Source of the DNA: Octopus bimaculoides
Taxonomy: Eukaryota
Reading direction: 5' to 3'
Assembly (NCBI RefSeq): GCF_001194135.2
Contig: NC_068994.1
Location: 28,368,549-28,420,573, forward strand
Length of the DNA: 52,025 nucleotides
Below are positions 12,563 through 23,502 of this stretch, piece by piece. A program made the position numbers and the translations under genes. Under the pieces are notes generated by a model. That model did no database searches and was not told the origin of the DNA. It was given only the letters and a program-made list of their open reading frames with translations. Numbering within the stretch: position 1 is the first letter of the stretch; each line of letters starts with the position of its first letter.

Positions 12563-12892
12563 TGTGGTGTTATGAGCCAGGCTGTGTTATAGGGAAGGAT
12601 TGAAAGTGGGGGAGTAGGCATGTCCTGTCAGAAGTGAGGCCTGTAGGTCCCACCAGAAGTGCTGCGGTGGACTTGCGGCATCAGTGAAGCACAAGGGGCC
12701 AGTTAGCGGCGGACAGCACATCAGAGTGGACATGTGAAATGGTACAGCAACAGATAGCACACATGGACGTGAAGTGCACCTTGGAGATCGAGACAGCACC
12801 TGGATGTTGAAAGTGACCCTTTTTTCGAACTGACAGGTAAGACTACTGTAATTCTCTCTTCGCTTCTGTCCTTTTTCTTTTTTTACATCACA
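12563..12892 (+). mobile_element. Solo LTR (330 bp) with 5-bp target-site duplication
   Basis: Termini TGTGGTGT...ACATCACA (inverted repeat, 1 mismatch) flanked by CTGTC at 12558-12562 and 12893-12897. It interrupts a copy of the retroposon tail (gtcaaactgtc|caatcc...). Confidence 0.85.
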
Positions 12893-13010
12893 CTGTCCAA
12901 TCCAGGCGATCATGGAAGGCAGACGTAACAATTATGTGTAGTTGTGTGTGTGCGTGCACGTGTGTGTATATGTGTGTGCGTATGCACACGTATGTGAGAA
13001 TTTATCCCCC

Positions 13011-13059
<49 letters not shown>

Positions 13060-13241
13060 ACAAATTAAAAAGGTGGCTTATTAGCAATTAGAACCTAAAG
13101 GCAAAATCAAAAGAGGTCATAAAAGTGACAGAGGGTACTGATAAGCACCACTTTTGCTAAATATAAGAGTTAAAATTACTCAAAAGTTACAAAATCACTG
13201 TCTTAATGACTGAAAAAGGAAGGTAAGTCCCCAGTGTACAT

Positions 13242-13301
13242 AGTCAGATCGAGATTTCGGGTTTTGATGTACGTAGACCATCTTAATCCTCATCAGTGAC
13301 T
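13242..13301 (-). ncRNA. Type I hammerhead ribozyme, copy 1 (core intact)
   Basis: Minus strand: AGUCA-CUGAUGA-GGAUU aa GAUG gucuacgua CAUC aa AACCC-GAAA-U cucg A-UC|UGACU. Stem I is a perfect 5 bp; cleavage triplet AUC, predicted cut between 13247 and 13246. Confidence 0.85.
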
Positions 13302-13456
13302 CTTAACCCTTAGGGTTAAACTCAACTACCTCTGTCAGAAAAATCATTGAAAATATATGCTGATTTTCAAAATGGTAAAAGTGTAAACAACAAACTGAAA
13401 AGGATGGCTTATTAACAATTAAAACCTAATGGTTGACAAAAGGGAGGTAAGTCCCC

Positions 13457-13512
13457 AGCCTCTGATGAGAATTAAGATAGTCTACATCAGAATCCGAAAT
13501 CGTGATCTGGCT
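13457..13512 (+). ncRNA. Type I hammerhead ribozyme, copy 2 (core intact)
   Basis: AGCCU-CUGAUGA-GAAUU aa GAUA gucua CAUC ag AAUCC-GAAA-U cgug A-UC|UGGCU. One U-U mismatch in stem I and one A-C in stem II. Confidence 0.8.
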
Positions 13513-13790
13513 ATATATGCTGGGGACTTACCTCCCTTTGTCAGTCATTAAGACAGTGATTTTGATGCTTTTGAGGTATTTTAACTCTTATATTTAGCAA
13601 AAGTGGTGCTAGTGAGTACCCTCTGTCACTTTTGTGACCTCTGTTAATTTTGCCTTTAGGTTCTAATTGCTAATAAGCCACTCTTTTTAATTTGTTGTTT
13701 ACACTTTTATCATTCTGAAAATCAGCACGTTTTCAACAGTTTCTCTTATAAGACTAACAGAGGTAGTTGATATCAACCCTAGGCGTTGAA

Positions 13791-13845
13791 AGCTGCTGAT
13801 GAGGATTAAGATGTCTCCATCAAAATCCGAAATTGCTATGTACAT
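13791..13845 (+). ncRNA. Hammerhead copy 3 with stem III and cleavage site deleted (probably inactive)
   Basis: CUGAUGA-GGAUU aa GAUG ucuc CAUC aa AAUCC-GAAAU is followed directly by ugcuauguac; the ~8 nt containing AUC are missing. Confidence 0.7.
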
Positions 13846-13987
13846 TGGGGACTTACCCCCCTTTGTCAGTCATCAGGACAGTGATTTTGTGGCTTTTGAG
13901 TTATTTTAACTCTTATCTTTAGCAAAAGTGGTGCTAGTCAGTCTATCACTTTTGCGACTTCTATTAATATATATATATATATATATA

Positions 13988-16900
13988 GGGAGAATTCACC
14001 AAAAAAACAAAAGACGTAGACAGGTGGTGTAGACAACAAACAGATGTATTAGTTTAACACTCGGGAAGTGAAAAAGTCTTTAACGTTTCGAGCCTACGCT
14101 CTTTCACAGAAAGGAACACGGAAAGAAACAAGAAGAGAAAATAAAGAATGTGTAGTGGCTAGCGATCTATCATGGCGAATGCCAGACAGAGAGGTCACAC
14201 AGGAGAGCTAGGAAGAAGGGGAGGTAATAAAATAGTGGTGATCCCAAAACGAAAGTGCGCATGCGTGTCTATAAGAGAGTATGTATGTGCATGTGGAAGA
14301 GGGCTGGTGACTTTGACGTGTGTATGTGTAGGTGTGAAAATGTGGGGCTAGGAAGTAGTCAGTGCTAGTGTGTGCATCGTGGTGTGATGTGATGTGTTGT
14401 GTGGTATGGTGGTGTATGGTGTAGTGGTGAGTGGTGTGGTGTGGTGTGATGGTGTTGGGAGGTGGGGGAGGCGAGTATGGGGAAAGCAAGGGTGGAGTGT
14501 GGGTTAGGCTGTGGGTGGGGATAGAGGTGGGATNNNNNNNNNNNNNNNNNNNNNNNNNNNNNNNNNNNNNNNNNNNNNNNNNNNNNNNNNNNNNNNNNNN
14601 NNNNNNNNNNNNNNNNNNNNNNNNNNNNNNNNNNNNNNNNNNNNNNNNNNNNNNNNNNNNNNNNNNNNNNNNNNNNNNNNNNNNNNNNNNNNNNNNNNNN
14701 NNNNNNNNNNNNNNNNNNNNNNNNNNNNNNNNNNNNNNNNNNNNNNNNNNNNNNNNNNNNNNNNNNNNNNNNNNNNNNNNNNNNNNNNNNNNNNNNNNNN
14801 NNNNNNNNNNNNNNNNNNNNNNNNNNNNNNNNNNNNNNNNNNNNNNNNNNNNNNNNNNNNNNNNNNNNNNNNNNNNNNNNNNNNNNNNNNNNNNNNNNNN
14901 NNNNNNNNNNNNNNNNNNNNNNNNNNNNNNNNNNNNNNNNNNNNNNNNNNNNNNNNNNNNNNNNNNNNNNNNNNNNNNNNNNNNNNNNNNNNNNNNNNNN
15001 NNNNNNNNNNNNNNNNNNNNNNNNNNNNNNNNNNNNNNNNNNNNNNNNNNNNNNNNNNNNNNNNNNNNNNNNNNNNNNNNNNNNNNNNNNNNNNNNNNNN
15101 NNNNNNNNNNNNNNNNNNNNNNNNNNNNNNNNNNNNNNNNNNNNNNNNNNNNNNNNNNNNNNNNNNNNNNNNNNNNNNNNNNNNNNNNNNNNNNNNNNNN
15201 NNNNNNNNNNNNNNNNNNNNNNNNNNNNNNNNNNNNNNNNNNNNNNNNNNNNNNNNNNNNNNNNNNNNNNNNNNNNNNNNNNNNNNNNNNNNNNNNNNNN
15301 NNNNNNNNNNNNNNNNNNNNNNNNNNNNNNNNNNNNNNNNNNNNNNNNNNNNNNNNNNNNNNNNNNNNNNNNNNNNNNNNNNNNNNNNNNNNNNNNNNNN
15401 NNNNNNNNNNNNNNNNNNNNNNNNNNNNNNNNNNNNNNNNNNNNNNNGTGGTAGGTGAGGGGAAATGGGAGGTTGGAGATGGCGGGGTGGGTTCGGGGGA
15501 GAGAGCAGATGCACAGTCCACGGAATATGCTCTAGCAAGGACGGTGTGGATAGTGGTGAGGGAATATCCATGTAGGGTGAAGTGGCGAGCCATGGTTTTC
15601 ACTACAGAGCCTGCGTAGGCGGAGGAATTGGGAATAGGGGATGGAAAGCTTGGTGTGTTTAGGGTTGGAGGAGGAGAAGTTGAGGTATGAGTGTGAATCT
15701 GTGTGTTTGTAGTGGATGGAGGTGGTGAGAGTGGAGTGATGAATGCTGACCGAGATGTCAAGAAAGGAGACAGAAGTGTTAGAGATAGTGCAAGAGAAGT
15801 GGCGGGCAGGATGGAAAGATTTGACAAAAGAGAGGAAGGAGTCTAGATGTTCGCGAGAGAGTGAGGTCGAACCAATACAGTCGTCAATATAACGGCCGTA
15901 TAGTTCGGGAGTGGGACCAGTGAAACTTGAGAATATTTGATCCTCAACGTAGCCAACGAACAGGTTCACGTAGTTGGGAGATGAGGTCATGGATAGTGGA
16001 GGACACAGTCGGTTGGTAGCTGGGCGTGGGGTCAGAGCGCAGATGGCAGTAGAAGGAGGTGTCTTGAAGTTGGCGGAGAGGTCTGTGCGCCACACCACCA
16101 CGGCTCCACCCTTATCGGCTGGTTTTATGATGATGTTATTGCTGCATCGGAGACATCAAAGGGCTGAGAGTTCGGCTGGGGAGATGTTCAGATGATGGGG
16201 ACGCCTAGAAAAGTTAAACCGGTCCACAGCGCGCTGGCAGGCGCCCGCATAAAGAACANNNNNNNNNNNNNNNNNNNNNNNNNNNNNNNNNNNNNNNNNN
16301 NNNNNNNNNNNNNNNNNNNNNNNNNNNNNNNNNNNNNNNNNNNNNNNNNNNNNNNNNNNNNNNNNNNNNNNNNNNNNNNNNNNNNNNNNNNNNNNNNNNN
16401 NNNNNNNNNNNNNNNNNNNNNNNNNNNNNNNNNNNNNNNNNNNNNNNNNNNNNNNNNNNNNNNNNNNNNNNNNNNNNNNNNNNNNNNNNNNNNNNNNNNN
16501 NNNNNNNNNNNNNNNNNNNNNNNNNNNNNNNNNNNNNNNNNNNNNNNNNNNNNNNNNNNNNNNNNNNNNNNNNNNNNNNNNNNNNNNNNNNNNNNNNNNA
16601 GGAGAGGAAGCGTATCAGGAGGGGAAGGGTAGTGGAGGAGTTGGGGGTAGTGACATCGGGTATGATGGAATGGAGGTGTGAGTGGAGTTTATGTTGTTTG
16701 GTGTGAACGAGAAATTGATGAAAGAGATGATTTAAATGAATTATGTAACGTAACGTGGTGTTGGCATGGGAAGGCGACTGAGAGGAGAAGAAGATGGAAA
16801 AAGCAAGAGGGAGAAGACGGTCGATGGTGTGTATTTTGGAGAGATTAGAGCGAATGATGGCACGCATAAGGTGGTAGGATGTAGTACGGAGTATGGGTAG

Positions 16901-17460
16901 GATGGTTGTAGCAGAGTGGAGAGTCGGAAACCTTTAGGGATGAAGCGGTGATGTAAGCAGCGACTGAGAAATGAAATGTGACTAGAGAAACGAGTTGTTT
17001 TGAAAGTTAGTAGAGAAAGATTAATAGAAGGTTGAAAGCAGCGGAAAGGAAGTGTGCGAAGGTATTGCTTTAAACAGTTGTGGAGGTCGAGGAGGAAAGG
17101 TTTGTAATCGGGCATGATTGTAAAACGAGAAGAGAAGAGAAAGAAAGGAGAAAAAAGGGAAAAAGGGGTGGAGAGGAAAAATTCATAAGGTGTGGGGAGA
17201 AAAAAAGCAAAAGGCGTGAGGAGAAAAAATGCAAAAGGCGTGAGGAGAAAAAAATATATATGATTGGTGGGAGAAGAAAATAAAAAATAGGAAAAGAAAG
17301 GACGAAGATGGAAGAAACAGAGAGAAAAGGGGGAAAAGAAAAGACGACACACAGAGAAGAATAAGCACACACGGACATACAGACAAGAACAAGCACGCAC
17401 ACACAGACACACAAGCAAGAACAAGCACGCACGCACAACCCATTAGCTTTCATCTCCTCC
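13988..17460 (-). mobile_element. Penelope-like retroelement (PLE), degenerate, with two internal gaps
   Basis: RT: PNYVNLFVGYVEDQIF...YGRYIDDCIG...VSFLDISV...LTTSIHYKHTDSHSYLNFSSSNP...IPYSQFLRLRRLCS (ORF 15532-16101). N-terminus HISFLSRCLHHRFIPKGF (ATG ~17115). The GIY-YIG domain is expected in gap 14534-15447 and cannot be seen. Confidence 0.85.
14078..14113 (-). ncRNA. Degenerate minimal hammerhead in the PLE pseudo-LTR
   Basis: Minus strand: CUUU-CUGUGAA-A GAGC guag GCUC-GAAAC GUU A-AAAG. Stems I and II are present, but the core deviates from CUGANGA at two positions. Confidence 0.5.
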
Positions 17461-17915
17461 TCCCATTTTATCAGTTGTCACGGAGGACACAGCAGCTGTC
17501 ACGGAGGGTAAGAAGATATCCGAAGTGAATTATCGAGTTGTCACGGAAACAAGCGACTTTTTGTTTTGGTTTCGTCGAGTCAAAACGAAGGATTACCTAT
17601 ACACACGCACACACACACACATATATAAAACGAGAGAGAGTGTGTAGGGAGTGCCTGTGTGCTCTCATATATACATGCGTTTGGGGATGTATGTGTATAT
17701 GTATGCATGTGCGCACGGATAAATGTTATATCATATGCCCTATATACCTCTACAAAAATGTGATGTTCATTGCTGGAACGTACATTTCGATCAGAGTTGA
17801 GTTCGGGTAAAATAACCACAAAGCAATTGAAACTAATTGTTGATAACCAAATGTGAAATGTCAAAGGTTAGAGAAGCTTTCCAACTAAAACGAGGCTCGG
17901 GGTAAGAAAAGAAAC

Positions 17916-18004
17916 ATGGCAGCTGGGCGTTCAAATCCATTTGGATTTGTAAATCAACACAACAGTTCCATTAATTCTGCCTCATCAACGAATTTTGCTT
18001 ACGG
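17916..18004 (+). CDS. PEX13: Peroxisomal membrane protein PEX13, coding exon 1
   Basis: MAAGRSNPFGFVNQHNSSINSASSTNFAYG then a GG|GTCAGT donor, phase 2, matching the phase of exon 2. Exon 1 is assigned by phase and position rather than by recognisable homology. Confidence 0.75.
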
Positions 18005-21000
18005 GTCAGTATTAAGTTTGCTTTGTGTATTTTTGTATATATTTATCCTTGTGTCTGAATGTTTTAATATACTTACCTGTATGACTGTCCTGATCTGTAT
18101 ATAAAACTCAGGTTCTCGTAGTTAAGCCTCAAACTTCGTCTAATTTTGTTTCCAAATTTCGTGATTAATTTTTAATATGAGACATTGTATATCTATACAA
18201 AATCTGTCTCTCTTCATTGTTTTAGCATATGTGCGTATTTATGTGTATGCACGTAGTTTTTATTCTGTGTTAACATAGGTCTGACACGTAACTTGCAAGA
18301 GGGTCCTTGGAGTGGTTTCGATACGATGTTTTTAACTCTACTTATAAGAATATACTACTCTTTAATGTATATTTACTGACCACTAATCAGTTTCGGAATT
18401 TACCGTGTTACTTTGAGTGGGGTTGTTAATTAGTCATGGTTCGAGCGCTCGTAGGTATTTTAGTTACGTGCTGCCTTATTTGCAAAATTACCAAGCTTTA
18501 CGATATTAGTGACGCAAGTAAAATCATTAACGAGCTAGGAATAGTTAATAATTTTCCTTTTCTGTGCTCTCAATCCAAGTCTCCTGTTAGTGGTGTAAAA
18601 TTTAAAAATATTTCTATGTAACACTTCTATGTAATTCTAGGAATGCAGTCTGCCCCAAAGTTATGCACTTCAAAACCCCACACAACAACATCCAGTTTTG
18701 ATTAAAATAATCTAAATCGGTCTCATGTGTTCTTGTTGTTTAACCCTAGGCCCAATCTGATCAAACAAAACACATTAATGTGTTCGAGTTACAATTCTAG
18801 CTTATCTTCAGGTAGTCTCATTGTCTAATGTGTTAAGATGGAGAATGTCCCAGCAGAAGGAACAACTTAATGATTTCTTATCTCACAGTCCCATCTGCTG
18901 TATCCCACGGAATAATGACTTTACACCTTTCTTGGAAAATGTTCCCCAGTCTGAGATTTTATATTTCTTGTTACAAAAATATTTGTCGCTATCAATCATG
19001 TTCTGTAGTTTCACTCCTATTTATTGCTCCACTTGTTAAAAATAGCTGCCAAATTCTCTTAAAACATTACCGCTGAAAAAAAAAGTGGGGGTGGAGTGGG
19101 GGAAAGACATACTTAATGTAATTCTCGATATACAAAAAGATGGAATAGTCGTAGTCGTGGCTGGTAAGTCTTTGGTCATGAGTCTGTCAGAGTTGACTTC
19201 TATCTAAACACCAACTTATTCTGGAAGTGAAAGAATAAGCCATTAAAATATTGTGATTTTATTGCATTAACTCTTGCTTGACCAATTTCTAATGAAGTAC
19301 ACTATGTTTCATCATCATTTAAAATCTGTCTTCCGTACTGGCATGGATTGGATGATTCAATGAGCTGGAGGACTGCATCAAGCTCTCGCCATGCTTTCTG
19401 TAGCTGGATGTCCTTTCTAATGCCAACTACATTACAGAGTGTACTGGATGTTTTTTCTCCTGACACCAGCACTAGTGAGGTTGCCAAATAACTTGTAAGA
19501 CAAAGAAAAAGTAGTTGCCTCTTGACTGAGTGGGATTGTAGTAGAGGTGCAAGCAGCTTTATGCTAAATGTTAGAGGGACAGGCACTGCTATATTGCTCT
19601 ACAAGAGATACATGGTCTCCCTGCATTTTATAAGAGTGGATAGGATCACTGAAAAGATGATAAATTTTGCTTCAGTTATAGAGAATGAAGCCAAACAAAT
19701 ATTCTGCTATTATAATGTTGTCATAACTCATAAAAAGAAAACTTTATCTTTCTCATATTTAAGGTATATATGTTTGTGTGCTTTCACTTTTAGAGGAGCC
19801 TATTTATTGTGATCACATTGGGATGAAGGAATTTTCAATAACAATAACAACTTGATAAATTTAAGCAGAGCTTTGTTTCTAACAGGGAGTTAATCTTCAA
19901 TTCATTTTAACTAAAGAGTTTGACCAACTCATTTTGATAACATTTACCCCTACATAATATGTGTTTGTGCATGCACATGTGTGTGTGTGAACATACTCAT
20001 ATAATCATCAGTATGCAGCCAGCCACACCATCTTAACTCACAAACTTAGCTGCTTTTGATGAGCACTAGTATAACTTAAGTAAAGTGGTGCTGATGCTCA
20101 CATTCCTTGGTGTGAGTATGACTGGTTACTTTGTGAAATGAAAAGAAACATCCATTACTTGAAAAACAGGTAAAGATTGGCATTACGAAAAGTATCCATC
20201 CATAAAATCCTACCTCAAATATCTCTTGCAACCTGTGCTAGCTGAGAAAAAAATGGGTCTTAAACAAATAACTGAATCCACACACACAATTCAGTAATAC
20301 AAGTATTTGTGCGCAAAAATGAAACATAGCTTTAGTTTATGTAACTCACCTACTTTATAAGTAAGTGGGTAATGAATTGAATCAGTAACCAAAAAGAAAA
20401 TCACATTCAACCTTGCATAAAAGATAGGATTATGAATGTATTCTGTCTTCAGCGTTTGAAGTAACCAACATTTCAAATACTGTAACACCATTTAATTTTA
20501 TACCTTAAGTTTGAAAGAGTGCTTTTTCTTTTTTTCCTTTCTTATTTTGAGAAACTAACGTTTTAGTCCTATAATGTCACTTATAATGATAGTCCATTGA
20601 TAGTCATATGATGTCACTTATAATGTATCAGATATTGTTATCTGAATATAGACTGTAGTTTATCGGTTTCGTTCAGAGATGACATGCTCAGCTGTGGCCT
20701 TGTAAAGTATGTCATCTTACATGATTTAGTCTATATTTCCATTAACCCTTTTACTACCATATTTCTAATGAAATTCACTTCTTAAGTCTTTCAGTTATCT
20801 TTGAAAATAATTATCTGAATGGATGGGTTAGATATACTACTGGCCCACATTGTAATAAATGTTTGTCAAAGACCTCCTCTTCCCAACAATAAAAGCCAAT
20901 GTATTCTATCTAATTGCTTCAAATGCAACACAGACATGTTCCTACATACTAATACTGCATATCAGATCCAATGCATGAAACGCAGCAAATGTTACTTCAG

Positions 21001-21582
21001 CTTCTACATCTCTGAATTAAGAGGCATTTTATCATATGTATATCTTTTAAAGAACAGCTCAAAAAATGCAGAAACAAAGATGTTGTTGTTATCATTAAAG
21101 CTATAGATTGTAATATCATTAACCTATGGATAAAAGAAGCTGTTTTGATTTTGAAAAAGCCAAAAATTAACTGGCTTGACATGACGGCCAATAGAAACAG
21201 TGAACACAATGGCTCACAGTTCTTGACCCAATTCACCTTTTGCACATGTCTGTGTGCACTCTATCTGTGACACCTAAATCATGGAACTCAGTTTACAGCC
21301 TCCAAGTTCTTCACCTTTAAGCATATGGTGATACCATTATCTCACAGAAGGATCCAACATGCCATCAAAATGGACATGGGCATGTAATTTACCTTTGACA
21401 TTGAAATGGATTTTTTAATTAACTGCCACGTGTACCACCAGCAGTTCATCACATATTTCACATAACTACCATATGCACCACTGGTGGTTAATTTTCATAA
21501 TTCAAGAAAATATTTTATTCTGTATCTTTGACATAGTTTTGAAGATATTTAAATAACACGAGTGCTACATATTAAAGTTTAA

Positions 21583-21790
21583 TCCTTTAGCATTTAAACC
21601 AGCCATATTCGGCCAAAATATTCTGCCTCTTTTATGTTCAAACTGGTTAGATTCAACATCTCACACCTACCCTCATTGTAAAAGATAAACAATCACTTTA
21701 TCAAAATTCTGAAGCCATAAGACAATACATTGATTAATTCAAAATAATGCAAATAAATAAGCATTACAGAATAATCTGAATGCTAAAGGG
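21583..21790. mobile_element. piggyBac-type MITE with TTAA target duplication
   Basis: TTAA|tcctttagcatt ... aatgctaaaggg|TTAA. A related internal fragment lies at ~46436-46560. Confidence 0.7.
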
Positions 21791-21930
21791 TTAATTACAA
21801 AATATTGAAAAAACAAAAAAATTGCATTTCCTTGTAATTAAGCAGTATGCATTGCAACTGCAAGAAATACATGGTGTCATTGGTAAGTTCTAGTAACAGA
21901 TTGTGGCAGTTAACATATTAAATAACATTT

Positions 21931-22096
21931 TCATCATCATCATCGTTTAACGTCCGCTTTCCATGCTAGCATGGGTTGGACGATTTGACTGAGGACTGGT
22001 GAAACCGGATGGCAACACCAGGCTCCAGTCTGATTTGGCAGAGTTTCTACAGCTGGATGCCCTTCCTAACGCCAACCACTCAGAGAGTGTAGTGGA
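21931..22096 (-). mobile_element. Retroposon tail copy (same family as 1-190)
   Basis: Near-identical reverse complement of 15-190. Confidence 0.85.
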
Positions 22097-23502
22097 TATT
22101 ATTAATTAGTATTTGGAACAAGAATTTTATATTAAATTCGTGATGGAATTTTTAATGAAAGGTTTTATATCTTAGGATCAGATGCAATCTGAAGCAGGTT
22201 GTTATCAAAAGGGTTAATGATATGGAGATTTAATTTATATATTCACAAAATCTGTTTTATCTGTTGACTTATAACCTTGTTGCAAGGCTATATACTTTGC
22301 CTCAATTGTGCATTTTATCATCATCATTGTCATAGAATTTGTGCTTTCAAATTTTGTATGTAGTACAGATCTGTTTAGCAACATTTCTCTGTGCAATGTC
22401 ATCTATGAGGCACAATATTTTTAGTTGTGACCTAAGTCCTTCTATCTTGTTATTTTTGTGGTACTTCTTACAATGAACTACCACACATTTCCACCTAGTC
22501 AATAGCATCCATTTCAATTATATACTCACATCAATTCACTCATCTCTGTACACACTTCAGCTAGTACCTCATCATCATCATTTAATGTCCATTTTCCATG
22601 TTGGCATAGGTTGGATGGTTCCACTGCAACAGGCAAATCAGAAGACTGCACCAATCCTTGCTGTCTGCTTTGCCATGCTTTCTATAGCTTAATGCCTTTC
22701 CTAATGCCAACCAGCGGTTTTGAGGTCACCAAGTAACTTGCAAGACAAGACCTCTCAATTGAGGGACTGAAAAAAAAGAGGCTTGCATTGGATGGGGCAC
22801 CTGGCTGCCTCAGGTGGGGAGAGAGTGAGAGAAAGATGTTGGTGAAGGTTGGGGATTGGAGACGGTAATTAGGTGAGTTCACAAGATTATGAAAGGAGAG
22901 TGGTATTGGTTGTGGGGAAGAGATTCAATGGGGACATATTGTGTACTGGTAGGAATGTGTTGTAGAGTGGGATGAATGCAGTGGTTGGTGAGTATGGGTA
23001 GGGGGAGGGGAGAGATGTTGGGAAAATGGGTTGTAGAAGAGATTTATCAGGGACAGATTATGCATGTGTGTGTGTGTGGGGGGGNNNNNNNNNNGGGGGG
23101 TAATGAACATAAAGGATATGCCCTTTGTATCCTTGATTTTACTTAGCTAGGAGTATTTTCTCAAAGACAGCAAATTGCCAATTGTTTCACTCCTTTGTCA
23201 TCTCTTCTTAAAATCTGCCTTTCACTCTGAAAAAGAAGCCCTTAGAGTGAAAGGCAGTAGAACATTGTTTTGTTATGATTGTTATTGTTTTCTAGAATGA
23301 TATCCAGTGTTTAGCTATGTCATGAGGTAGGTCCCTAAGGTCTAACAACACAAGAGTTGCTTATCTCATGAAGTGTTGCTAACATATTTAATATAGCAAG
23401 TCTCTGCATTATGTCAACACCAACTTCCCTTTGTTTTTCATGCTGCAGGCATCCCTGTATATTTTCTCACCAGACATTATATGAGTATTTTTTTTTAAAC
23501 AG

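Larger units (their letters stand above)
13039..13968. mobile_element. Fold-back array of a ~330 bp hammerhead-containing repeat (retrozyme-like), flanked by (TA)n
   Basis: Period ~330 bp (CTGATGA at 13462 and 13796; ttatta.caatta.aacctaa at ~13079 and ~13409). The left array (13039-13458) is the reverse complement of the right array (13457-13968). Confidence 0.85.

Noticed and set aside
21988-22010. CTGAGGA-ctggt-GAAAC in the retroposon tail as a hammerhead
   Set aside because: There is no room for stem II and no NUH with stem I complementarity.
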